Source: a virus. Taken from it: a DNA stretch of 64,000 nucleotides. Shown in pieces: positions 1 through 9,012 of the stretch. Every line of letters begins with the position of its first letter. The first letter of the stretch is position 1. A program made the translations under genes and the position numbers. The DNA lies in IMG/VR virus record IMGVR_UViG_3300032299_001203, positions 1 through 64,000 of that record. One strand, given 5' to 3'. The notes under the pieces were generated by a model. That model saw only the letters and a program-made list of their open reading frames with translations, ran no database searches and was not told the DNA's origin.

Positions 1-30
1 AAGTTTACATTTATTTGTGAAGAAGAGGCG

Positions 31-282
31 ATGCCTTTTGCAGATGCCGTTTCATCTAAAAGAACGGTTGAATTCAAGGCTGAAACCATAAGTGATATTG
101 TTAATGAATTTGAAATGTTTCTAAAAGGTTGCGGCTTTAATTTTGAAGGTCGTTTAGATTTGGTACAAGAAGAACAACCTCTTGGTAAAATTTACCCAAA
201 AGATGGTCACGAAGATGATTTGGATGATATTGATTCTATTTTTTCTGGTAAGAAAAGTTTAATCCGTTCCGATGAGTGCTGA
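31..282 (+). CDS. hypothetical phage protein
   Basis: 83-aa ORF co-oriented with its neighbours; it may begin upstream of the window. Confidence 0.6.
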   Translation: MPFADAVSSKRTVEFKAETISDIVNEFEMFLKGCGFNFEGRLDLVQEEQPLGKIYPKDGHEDDLDDIDSIFSGKKSLIRSDEC

Positions 283-566
283 TGAACGATTTATTTTACA
301 ATCTATTTGATTGGATCCGTGATGATTGGCGAAGCGGTCGTTTCCGTTTTATTGTTGAGTTGTTGGCTTGGGCTATTAGTATTGGTTGCTCTATTACTAT
401 GGCACTTACCGTTCCGAACCCACCGTTATTGGTTTTATATCCTATTTGGATTCTTGGCTGTGCTATGTATGCTTGGGCTAGTTATACTCGGAAATCATTT
501 GGCATGCTTGCTAACTACATCTTGCTAACTACTATTGACACAATTGGTTTAATTAGAATGCTATGA
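276..566 (+). CDS. small membrane protein
   Basis: 96 aa with about 3 hydrophobic segments; overlaps the next gene (ATGA). Confidence 0.7.
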   Translation: MLMNDLFYNLFDWIRDDWRSGRFRFIVELLAWAISIGCSITMALTVPNPPLLVLYPIWILGCAMYAWASYTRKSFGMLANYILLTTIDTIGLIRML

Positions 567-1153
567 ATATATTTTTTCTGGATGAAGATGTAAAAAAATG
601 TGCACAAATGCACGTTGACCGCCATGTGTGCAAAATGGTAATTGAGTATGCTCAGTTACTTTCAACAGCGCATCGAGTACTTGATGGCCAAGAATACAAA
701 AGATTGTCGGCCAATAATCGGTCAATCAAAGCATGGCGGTTGCCTGATGGCCGTGAAGAACGCCTTATGAAACCCACTATGATGAATCATCCTTCTGCAA
801 TATGGGTTCGCCAAAGTAATGAAAACTATCGGTGGCTTTATAATATGTGGTGTGAACTACTAAGTGAATTTACCTATCGTTATGGTAAAGTCCATGCTAC
901 GGCACGGTTGATACCTGATTTGGCGGTGTTACCAACCAACATACCAAATGGTAAGTTTACTGGTCCTACGCCTGCCATGCCTGATGAATGTAAAGTACCA
1001 GGCGATTCTTTGAAATCATATCACAATTACTACAAGATGAATAAATCACATCTTTGGTCATGGAAAGGTAAGATAAATAAACGAGAGGTACCAAAGTTTA
1101 TGAAAGATTGGTATCGTGCAATGAATTTATCACTTACCCATGAGTACCTTTAA
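563..1153 (+). CDS. pyrimidine dimer DNA glycosylase/endonuclease V-like protein
   Basis: MNIFFLD..CAQMHVDRHVCKMVIEYAQLLSTAHR and NHPSAIW motifs typical of this phage family. Confidence 0.7.
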   Translation: MNIFFLDEDVKKCAQMHVDRHVCKMVIEYAQLLSTAHRVLDGQEYKRLSANNRSIKAWRLPDGREERLMKPTMMNHPSAIWVRQSNENYRWLYNMWCELLSEFTYRYGKVHATARLIPDLAVLPTNIPNGKFTGPTPAMPDECKVPGDSLKSYHNYYKMNKSHLWSWKGKINKREVPKFMKDWYRAMNLSLTHEYL

Positions 1154-1434
1154 TGCCAACCTATGACTTTTTAAATAAAAATACCAACGAAATCGAAGAG
1201 CACCGTATGTCGTATACGGTGTTGGAACAATTCAAACTCGATAATCCCCACTTAGAATTACATATTTCTTTTGAGAACCTTCCGGTCATGTCGGATGGTA
1301 CTCGATTATCGGTTCCCGGTATGGGCAAACCGGATTCAACCTTTGAAAAATATGTTATTGGTCGAATGAAAGAACAAGTCGGCCACAACACAATTAAAGA
1401 TGGTCATAAAACCAAGGCACCTAGAGAATGGTAA
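1153..1434 (+). CDS. conserved T4-like protein with FmdB-like N-terminus (no Zn cysteines)
   Basis: MPTYDF...NPHL pattern; TAATG coupling to the upstream gene. Confidence 0.6.
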   Translation: MPTYDFLNKNTNEIEEHRMSYTVLEQFKLDNPHLELHISFENLPVMSDGTRLSVPGMGKPDSTFEKYVIGRMKEQVGHNTIKDGHKTKAPREW

Positions 1435-1551
1435 TAGTGAATAACCAGCTTCCATATTTACTTAACATCAGGAGGTCCGATAATGGTAAAATTAATCCTG
1501 TAGAACCTGCTTCTAAAATTCCAAAATATAATAACAACGATAGGAGTTTTA

Positions 1552-1701
1552 ATGAGCAAAAAAAGAATGATGTCAAAACAGCAGCGGCTATATTACGAAT
1601 ATCAGAACAAGGAAAAAGTTCGGCAGGAATTAATAGAATATATAAAGTTACAAAGAGAAGTGGAACAACTAAAAGATTACAGGAAAAATAATGCTATTTG
1701 A
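1552..1701 (+). CDS. small basic helical protein (49 aa), not in the ORF track
   Basis: TAGGAG RBS at 1541-1546, ATG at 1552, MSKKRMMSKQQRLYYEYQNKEKVRQELIEYIKLQREVEQLKDYRKNNAI*; overlaps the rSAM start. Confidence 0.6.
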   Translation: MSKKRMMSKQQRLYYEYQNKEKVRQELIEYIKLQREVEQLKDYRKNNAI

Positions 1702-3148
1702 AATCAAAGCTACTCGGTTTAATGAAGGTGATACAAAAACTTTTTATTATGATAATATGTCCAACATCTTAAAGGATGAGGATGGAAATGTTTTTGAATA
1801 TCCACAAGAACAAAGAAAGATAAACAACAGTTTAAAACCATACAAACCGTTTGACAAAAACAGGCCATTAAAAAAATCTAAATTAATTTCACATTTAAAA
1901 ATTCAATTAGGTTTGAGTTGCAATTACTCTTGTGATTATTGTTCTCAGAAATTTGTTGAAAGGCAACCAGAAACTTCCAAAAAAGACCTTGATGTTTTTA
2001 TGGAAAAATTAGAGGCTCTGCATTTCGATGAAGATATTGGATTGAGAATTGAATTTTGGGGCGGTGAACCATTGGTTTATTGGAAAACATTAAAGCCATT
2101 GACTGAAGCTATCGTACAAAAATTTGCTTCTTGGAAAACAAAACCTCGTTTGAGTATTATTACAAATGGATCCATTCTAACCGATGAAATTATTGATTGG
2201 TTAATGATGATGGATTTTGCTGTATCCATATCACATGATGGTCCTGGTCAATTTGTTCGTGGTCCAGATCCCTTTGATGATCCAGAAAAGAAAGAAACTA
2301 TCCTTGGTTTTTATAGAATGATGACACGCCTTGGTAAAAGCTTTAGTTTCAATGCAATGCTCAATTCCAAAAATCAAAGTAGAAAAGAAATTTATGATTG
2401 GTTCGTAAATTTAACCGGTGACGAAAATGTTATTCTTGGTGAAGGATCTTTGGTTGATGCTTATGATGAAGAAGGTATTTCAAATTCTTTACTTACAAAA
2501 CAAGAACATTTTGAATTTAGAAAAAAATCATTTGGTGAATTGTATGGCAGCAATGGTAAAATAGGGTTTGCGGCTCAATTGGGTAAAATTGATGGTTTAA
2601 TTAACTCTATTTTAAACCATGAAGAATCCAAATATTTGGGTCAGAAATGTGGTATGGATGATGAACACACCATATCGGTAGATTTACGTGGAAATGTAAT
2701 GACTTGTCAAAATGTCAGTTCTTTAGAAATCTCAAAGAATGGAGAATCTCACCATGGCGGCAATCTAAGTAATTATTCCAATGTAGAACTAAAATCGGTC
2801 ACTCATTGGTCCAATCGTAAAGAATGTCCAGAATGTCCTGTATTACATATTTGTAAAGGTGCCTGTATGTTCTTGGATAAAAAGTTTTGGGATATTTCGT
2901 GTGCCAATGCTTATTCGGATAATGTGGCTCTATTTGCCGCAGCATTCACGTTAGTGACCAACGGATATGTGCCCACTTTAATTAAAAGTGATACTTTACC
3001 ATTGGACAGGCAAGATATTTTTGGAGATATCTTTGAACACAAAGAAGAAACTAACCATAAAAAAATCATACCAATCAAAGTGGTAAAGGAAATTGTTGGT
3101 GAAGTGGACGATATTCCCGTGTATGGTAAATCTCGTTTGGAAGTATAA
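1691..3148 (+). CDS. radical SAM enzyme with SPASM domain (peptide/protein maturase type)
   Basis: CNYSCDYC, FWGGEP, SISHDG; C-terminal KCG..DLRGNVMTC..CPECPVLHICKGAC..SC. Confidence 0.92.
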   Translation: MLFEIKATRFNEGDTKTFYYDNMSNILKDEDGNVFEYPQEQRKINNSLKPYKPFDKNRPLKKSKLISHLKIQLGLSCNYSCDYCSQKFVERQPETSKKDLDVFMEKLEALHFDEDIGLRIEFWGGEPLVYWKTLKPLTEAIVQKFASWKTKPRLSIITNGSILTDEIIDWLMMMDFAVSISHDGPGQFVRGPDPFDDPEKKETILGFYRMMTRLGKSFSFNAMLNSKNQSRKEIYDWFVNLTGDENVILGEGSLVDAYDEEGISNSLLTKQEHFEFRKKSFGELYGSNGKIGFAAQLGKIDGLINSILNHEESKYLGQKCGMDDEHTISVDLRGNVMTCQNVSSLEISKNGESHHGGNLSNYSNVELKSVTHWSNRKECPECPVLHICKGACMFLDKKFWDISCANAYSDNVALFAAAFTLVTNGYVPTLIKSDTLPLDRQDIFGDIFEHKEETNHKKIIPIKVVKEIVGEVDDIPVYGKSRLEV

Positions 3149-3151
3149 ATA
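3144..3151 (+). promoter_or_regulatory. T4-type late promoter TATAAATA
   Basis: exact consensus ending 33 nt before the ATG at 3185; gp33 is encoded in the window. Confidence 0.75.
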
Positions 3152-3184
3152 GTACAATAAACAACACTTTAAAGAGTATTTAAA

Positions 3185-4084
3185 ATGCCATTACCAACAT
3201 CAGGACAACCTATATCGATAGCCAATATTGAAGCGGAAGTCGAAATTCCTGTAGGAACAGCGACCAATTTAGGTTTTTTAAATGAGTACATAAAACCTGG
3301 TATAAGACCAGCCACACCAAATATGGCCGGATTTTGGGGTTTAAAATACTATCTACAAAACAATGCAGGCAACTGCAATGACGCTGGGGCAAGTAATTGT
3401 AACTGTAATTCTGCAGATTGTACGGTAATTCAATGCAATGCAACAAATAATTGTACCAACATAGGTGCACCAAATTGTGACGTACAAAAATGGTTACAAA
3501 CAGGTGACTGTAACATTGTTCCCACTCCTGTGTATAATTGTGTTAGTAATCAAAATTGTTTTACTTATAACTGTAATTGTAGTAAAATTATTTGTACCAA
3601 ACTTTTTGAAATCGGTTTAATGAAACGAAACATTTTTGAAGCCGATCAAGCATTTGGTGAATATCTCATCAAAACTAATCCAGATATTTACAATGGATAT
3701 CGTGCATGGGCAGAAATTGTTGTTGATTGGATGGAAGGAAAAGGTCCTAAAATGATGTTTTGGATGAGTGATGAGAAGTTTAGTGTGGCTGCCAAAAAGT
3801 GGTCAACAACTTGGGCTCACGATATTGCAACTCCTTGGGCTGAAGAAATGGCATATATGATGGGTGAAAAAGAAGCTGGTAGCTTGGCAGGTAAAATGAT
3901 TATGGTCTTTGGTATCCCTATCTGTAAAGGTATTGGTTTATGGCAACGTTGGTTCGGATCAAGTAAAAAACAACCAGGATTTTTAAAAGGCGCAGCACTT
4001 GTCATTATTTTTGTTATGTTTAAATTGGTAGCTGAACTTGGTCGAATGATTGAGAAACTCACACCAAAAAGGAGTGTCGTTTGA
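3185..4084 (+). CDS. Cys/Asn-rich protein, candidate substrate of the modification cluster
   Basis: N-terminal MPLPTSGQPIS; 12 [N/D/Q]C dipeptides in aa 63-132; KIICT-type C-terminal domain with hydrophobic helices. Confidence 0.8.
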   Translation: MPLPTSGQPISIANIEAEVEIPVGTATNLGFLNEYIKPGIRPATPNMAGFWGLKYYLQNNAGNCNDAGASNCNCNSADCTVIQCNATNNCTNIGAPNCDVQKWLQTGDCNIVPTPVYNCVSNQNCFTYNCNCSKIICTKLFEIGLMKRNIFEADQAFGEYLIKTNPDIYNGYRAWAEIVVDWMEGKGPKMMFWMSDEKFSVAAKKWSTTWAHDIATPWAEEMAYMMGEKEAGSLAGKMIMVFGIPICKGIGLWQRWFGSSKKQPGFLKGAALVIIFVMFKLVAELGRMIEKLTPKRSVV

Positions 4085-4404
4085 TGAGAGAATTGAGAAA
4101 AACTTTTTTAGGAAAAGAAATTAAATTAGACCCACTCGAAATAACAACAGAAGATGATGGTTCAAAATATATACATGATCATGTAACTTATTTTTTTGAT
4201 GTAATTAGTTATGGAATTATATGCTCTCTCGATCAACGAGATAAAGAAAGATATTTTAAAATGATAACAGATCACGAAGAAATGATAACAAAATTATATG
4301 GGTATTCGATTCTCAATTCTAAGATATTTTTGCCTGTAGCTGTAAGAAATGGTATTGATAATAAATTAATCAAAGAATATAAAACATGGTTGGCTAACAA
4401 ATGA
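4084..4404 (+). CDS. hypothetical protein in modification cluster
   Basis: AAGGAG RBS upstream; start coupled to the previous stop. Confidence 0.7.
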   Translation: MRELRKTFLGKEIKLDPLEITTEDDGSKYIHDHVTYFFDVISYGIICSLDQRDKERYFKMITDHEEMITKLYGYSILNSKIFLPVAVRNGIDNKLIKEYKTWLANK

Positions 4405-4790
4405 GTGAAAAAAATACTTTTACTAGTTTAGAATGTCTAGAAACATTTGATGGAAACACAGTTATCTTCAAAGAAGAATATTTGTGTAATTTCTTTAAAA
4501 CTAAGTTTGAGAGAAAATATATGAGGTTAACACAAGAAGAAAAAGAAGAAGTTTCTTTTGTTGATCAAGAATATGGTGATTTATTGGATAAAGTATGGAG
4601 ATTACCATTACAAGAAGCATTAAAAACAATGGGTGCAGATTGGGCGGCTCAAAATGAAAAAAGAAATCCTGTAGAGGAATATGAACACGCTTTGTCTTTA
4701 TCAAAAGACGCCGATTTATCAGAAGAAGCACATCAAGCAAAATTAGAAAGATTGAGAATTTCTGCAGAGATTTTTGCAAAAAATAATTAG
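4401..4790 (+). CDS. hypothetical protein in modification cluster
   Basis: ATGA overlap with the previous gene; acidic, helical. Confidence 0.7.
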   Translation: MSEKNTFTSLECLETFDGNTVIFKEEYLCNFFKTKFERKYMRLTQEEKEEVSFVDQEYGDLLDKVWRLPLQEALKTMGADWAAQNEKRNPVEEYEHALSLSKDADLSEEAHQAKLERLRISAEIFAKNN

Positions 4791-4804
4791 TATTATTTTA
4801 TATT

Positions 4805-5518
4805 ATGAACCAGAGTTTTAAAACAAAAGAAGATCGAGATCGTTACCATTGGTATCAAAATGCACAAAACATGTTTTGGCAAAGTCCAATTTGGGAAGAA
4901 CAAACAAAATTTGATGAGAAGTTTAATGAAGTTTTGCTAGAAGAAATTTATAGCATTGGAAAAAATATTGTTTTGGGTGTGGACAAAGATCCACACAATA
5001 GTATATGGGACTACAGTAGACCCAATTTAAATATACTTAAACAAGAAATTATCGACATAGTAACAAAAAAAATTGCACAAAATATTCCACAACTTAGAAT
5101 GTTGAATATCCGTGGGTGTGAACATTTTATGGGTTGGGTGAACGTGCGTGAACCAGGTGAACGCCTTGAAGTACACGGACACACCGAATCGGCGATTGCA
5201 GCAACCTATTACATAAAGGCCAAAGAAGGATGTGGTGATTTGGTGGCATTTGATTCATCACACGCAATCGATTGGGAAAATAATTGTTTGAGTGGTAGTC
5301 CTTTCATGCGAGCCCGAAGATTCAAACCAGTTGAAGGTAGATTAATATTTTTTCCATCATATGTTTTACATGGAGTCGATGAAAATAAATCGGATGATTT
5401 AAGGATTTCATTGTCAACCGATTTACGAAAAGTGGTCGAAAAGGATGCATCAAATACAGTTATTTTAAAAAGTTGGGCAGGCCGAATGGCTAAAATCAAA
5501 GAGTGGAAACTTGAATAA
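4805..5518 (+). CDS. 2OG-Fe(II) oxygenase, TIGR02466-like
   Basis: WVNV..PGE..HGH, YY, GRLIFFPSYVLHGV, RISLS. Confidence 0.85.
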   Translation: MNQSFKTKEDRDRYHWYQNAQNMFWQSPIWEEQTKFDEKFNEVLLEEIYSIGKNIVLGVDKDPHNSIWDYSRPNLNILKQEIIDIVTKKIAQNIPQLRMLNIRGCEHFMGWVNVREPGERLEVHGHTESAIAATYYIKAKEGCGDLVAFDSSHAIDWENNCLSGSPFMRARRFKPVEGRLIFFPSYVLHGVDENKSDDLRISLSTDLRKVVEKDASNTVILKSWAGRMAKIKEWKLE

Positions 5519-6051
5519 TGTTTGCCAAGTTGGAAAAATCATTCGAAAAACCAATCTATGCAATTACCGATTCACTAAAAACATTTAAAGATGAGAATGG
5601 TAAAGGTATTGACTATAAAAAAGTTTGGTCTCCTGAAGCCGAAAAAATTTATGGATTTTTACCAAAAAAATATTGGCCAGATTTTCACTTGACAATAATG
5701 ACAATTGACTGTATAATACCTCCACATACAGATACAGAAATTATTACTTCAATTAATTTTTATTTACAAACAGAAGGATGTAAAACAACATTCTATACAC
5801 CAAAGGTTTCTCTGCCCAAAACAACACAAATTGAAAATCAAACCAACGGCCATATTTTTTACGAAGAAGATTTGATGGAAATTGGTAGTTTTATTGCAAA
5901 AGATTTTGAGGTGTGGGTACTTGATGTGAGTAAAATACATGGTGTAAATGGTGATTTTAAATTAAGAAAGGCATTAACCCTTGGAACTTTTGCACATAAG
6001 TATGAGGATGTAATTAAAATGTTAAAGGAAACAGGCAATGTCATTTGTTAA
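5518..6051 (+). CDS. putative Fe(II)/2OG oxygenase (double-stranded beta-helix fold)
   Basis: PPHTD...LDVSKIHGV...RKAL gives an HxD...H triad. Confidence 0.7.
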   Translation: MFAKLEKSFEKPIYAITDSLKTFKDENGKGIDYKKVWSPEAEKIYGFLPKKYWPDFHLTIMTIDCIIPPHTDTEIITSINFYLQTEGCKTTFYTPKVSLPKTTQIENQTNGHIFYEEDLMEIGSFIAKDFEVWVLDVSKIHGVNGDFKLRKALTLGTFAHKYEDVIKMLKETGNVIC

Positions 6052-6706
6052 ACTAAAACATTTGTACGAATATATGCCTCATACAATTATACCAAAAGGT
6101 CAAGCCGATTCGTTTGCTGGAAAATATGGATTAGGTGTAAGGCACAATACAATTTGGACACCAGAACCTGAACGTGAAACTCTATATAAAGTTATTCCTG
6201 AAAGATACTGGAAAGATTTTCAAGTAACCAGAATGTCAATAAATTGTTTGTTATTGCCTCATGTGGATAATGATTTTATAACAACAATTAATTTTTATTA
6301 TGAACCGGGAGATTATAAAACAATTTTTTGGAAAGCAAAACCTGGAGCAAATTCTTGGAAAACAGAAGAAGATAGGCACACAGGTGTTACAACTTCTAAC
6401 ATGGAAGCAAAAGATATTGATGTTGAAGATTTAAAAACTAAAGTTAAAGAGTTTGTGGCAGAAAAAAAGAATATGCCAACCTGTGAAGAAATTACATATG
6501 TCGATGCTGTATACACTTTTGATGATGTGTATGAAATTGGTTCATTTGTTGCCAATAAAAATGAGGCGTATTTGTTGGATGTTCGGGTAGCACATAATGT
6601 TGAACCGTTAGATGGCACAAAACTCAGAAAAGCTTTTGCTTTGAGAACCCGACATTATGATTATGGACAAGTATATGAAATGCTACAAGAAACTGGAAAT
6701 TTATAA
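6038..6706 (+). CDS. putative Fe(II)/2OG oxygenase, paralog of the previous gene
   Basis: LPHVD...LDVRVAHNV...RKAF. Confidence 0.7.
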   Translation: MSFVKLKHLYEYMPHTIIPKGQADSFAGKYGLGVRHNTIWTPEPERETLYKVIPERYWKDFQVTRMSINCLLLPHVDNDFITTINFYYEPGDYKTIFWKAKPGANSWKTEEDRHTGVTTSNMEAKDIDVEDLKTKVKEFVAEKKNMPTCEEITYVDAVYTFDDVYEIGSFVANKNEAYLLDVRVAHNVEPLDGTKLRKAFALRTRHYDYGQVYEMLQETGNL

Positions 6707-6717
6707 AGGAAATAAAA

Positions 6718-7491
6718 ATGTTTTTTGAGAAATTAGATTACACCGTTGACATTGAAAAATTAAAAAAAGAAGTGCGTGAAAGTGTATTTACTTTAGGTGA
6801 CCAAGTTATACAAGGTGAAGAATTTGAAACACCAAAATATCATGGCTTTGGTGGTTGGAGTTTGTTAAGTAGAAATGCCACATGGACCGATGGATGGGAA
6901 GCAATTCAATTGGAACAAGGACAAACATTAGAATCTTTTTTACCCACCCAAGAATTAATTTATAAAGCTTATAAACATTTTAATCTTTACCATGGTTTAG
7001 AACACGATAAACCAACTGAAGCATATGTTGGTGAAATTAAAAAAGTAATAGATGATATCCGTGACTTAGGATTTTATCCTTGTAGAGCCAGAGTTTCGTG
7101 TTTAAAAGCTCATTCAAAAAGCTTAGTACATAGAGATGCAGATTCTGCAGAATATATGACACGCATACATATTCCGCTATGGACAAATGAAAAATGTGTT
7201 CATATCTGTCAAGGTAAAAATTTACATTTACCAGCAGATGGAGGTGTTTGGATGCTTTGGACAAACCTTTGGCATCAAATTAGAAACGATTCCGATGAGG
7301 ATCGTTACCATATAATTATGGATGCATACGATACGAAAAAGATAACAAAATATTGTAAATATGAAGGAGATTTTGAACTGTATCGTAATTATGTTCGTGG
7401 TCAAATGGAAAAAATTGACGAGGTCGAATTAACAGAAGAAGATATTGATTTCTTTGAAGCAATTAAAGAAAAATATTTGGCTAAAAAATAA
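6718..7491 (+). CDS. aspartyl/asparaginyl beta-hydroxylase-like oxygenase
   Basis: HRD, RIHIPLWTN, HLPADG, WHQIRN..DRYHII; AAGGA RBS. Confidence 0.8.
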   Translation: MFFEKLDYTVDIEKLKKEVRESVFTLGDQVIQGEEFETPKYHGFGGWSLLSRNATWTDGWEAIQLEQGQTLESFLPTQELIYKAYKHFNLYHGLEHDKPTEAYVGEIKKVIDDIRDLGFYPCRARVSCLKAHSKSLVHRDADSAEYMTRIHIPLWTNEKCVHICQGKNLHLPADGGVWMLWTNLWHQIRNDSDEDRYHIIMDAYDTKKITKYCKYEGDFELYRNYVRGQMEKIDEVELTEEDIDFFEAIKEKYLAKK

Positions 7492-9012
7492 ATGGATGAT
7501 CGTCATGGTATTATCTTTACTGGTATGGAAAGAACCAGAACAATCAGCCGTCCTGCGGGTGCAGTGCGGCTAAGAACTTTTTTAGAAAAACACAATTACA
7601 ACATTGAAGTTATAGATTATTTTGGTAATTTTACTGAGAAAGAACTGGAATTACTTTGTGAAAGATATATTGGACCAAAAACATTATTTGTTGGTATAAG
7701 TATAACATTTGTGTATGCTTTTGATAAAATTAATTACTTATTTAAACACATCAAAGAAAAATACCCAAAAGTAAAAACACTAATTGGTGGTAGTGAAACG
7801 CCAATTGAAGGCGTAGATTTAACACAAGTGGATAAAATTGTTTGGGGCTACGCCGAAGAAACCATGTTACATTACATGAAGTTTCTTAGCAGAAAGCTTT
7901 TAAATGATTTGCCATGGGTGCCTTACAGAGGAACAAAATCAATTAATGCAGAGATGTTATATAAAAACGACTCTAGTGATTTGACAATTAAATGGATAGA
8001 AAGTGATTTAATTAAAAACAATTTTTTACCCATCGAAATTAGTCGAGGTTGTATTTTTAGATGTAGATTTTGCTCATTTCCACTCTTAGGTAAGAAAAAG
8101 AATGATTACATTCGCCATGTAGATAACTTATCTGCTGAGTTGAGAAGAAATTATGAAATGTTCGGTGTCAATAATTACTGGTTTAATGATGATACCTTTA
8201 ATGACAATGTGGTCAAATTGGAATATGTCGCTGAAGCAATAGCTAAAAGTGGTGTAAAAATAACATACACAGCTTTTTTAAGAGCTGATTTGATTGAGGC
8301 TTTTCCAGAAACTATTCCCATGTTGGGTGATACTGGTCTTGTTGCTGCAACCTTTGGATTGGAAACATTTCATCCAGAAGCAAAAAAAGCCATTGGCAAA
8401 GGACTAGATAATGAAAGGCAGTTTGAAGCAATTAGACAATTGAAGAAATACAAACCAATTTATACTTACACGGGTATGATTTGTGGATTACCAGGAGAAC
8501 CAATTTCTAGTGTGTTGAATAGTCAAAAAATGTTGATTGAACAAAACTTTGAAGTGTTTGATAATTGGGATTGGTGGCCACTTTTAATCAGAAAAGGTTC
8601 AATAAGTCGTTTAAGTGAATTTGAAAAAGAATATGCAAAATGGGGTTATTCTGAAATGTTACCTGGAGAATACATTATTCCTGCTGGAGAAACCGATACA
8701 AAATATGGTAACGAAAATGATGGTGTGATGGTATGGAAAAGTAAATATGCAAATTGGTACACCTGCAGAGCAATTGCCAATAATCTAAACATGGAAACAG
8801 AAAAACACAGAATTAAAGCTGGAAAATCCATATATGGAAATGCAGATAAAGGAGTTAGTATTAATCATGATGTTTATGAACTAGTTGGTTTGGGTGTTGA
8901 TGTTAAAGATATTATTGATGGCAATTTTGATAAAAGCTTTTTAAATAGAAAAATACAAGAAGCTGATCAAACCATTCTTGAATATAAAAAATTAAAGTTG
9001 GGATTATTATGA
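7492..9012 (+). CDS. B12-binding-domain radical SAM enzyme
   Basis: N-terminal RPAGA..EVIDY..FVGIS..LIGG..GYAE; EISRGCIFRCRFC; DDTFND; GLET; GLPGE. Confidence 0.85.
   Translation: MDDRHGIIFTGMERTRTISRPAGAVRLRTFLEKHNYNIEVIDYFGNFTEKELELLCERYIGPKTLFVGISITFVYAFDKINYLFKHIKEKYPKVKTLIGGSETPIEGVDLTQVDKIVWGYAEETMLHYMKFLSRKLLNDLPWVPYRGTKSINAEMLYKNDSSDLTIKWIESDLIKNNFLPIEISRGCIFRCRFCSFPLLGKKKNDYIRHVDNLSAELRRNYEMFGVNNYWFNDDTFNDNVVKLEYVAEAIAKSGVKITYTAFLRADLIEAFPETIPMLGDTGLVAATFGLETFHPEAKKAIGKGLDNERQFEAIRQLKKYKPIYTYTGMICGLPGEPISSVLNSQKMLIEQNFEVFDNWDWWPLLIRKGSISRLSEFEKEYAKWGYSEMLPGEYIIPAGETDTKYGNENDGVMVWKSKYANWYTCRAIANNLNMETEKHRIKAGKSIYGNADKGVSINHDVYELVGLGVDVKDIIDGNFDKSFLNRKIQEADQTILEYKKLKLGLL

Noticed and set aside
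1428-1691. 87-aa ORF from the track
   Set aside because: Weak start; the overlapping frame 1552..1701 has a clear AGGAG RBS and is preferred
3539-3580. EGF-type hydroxylation consensus C-x-[DN]-x4-[FY]-x-C-x-C in the Cys-rich protein
   Set aside because: CVSNQNCFTYNCNC matches only the YxCxC end; upstream spacing is off, so it is not called an EGF domain
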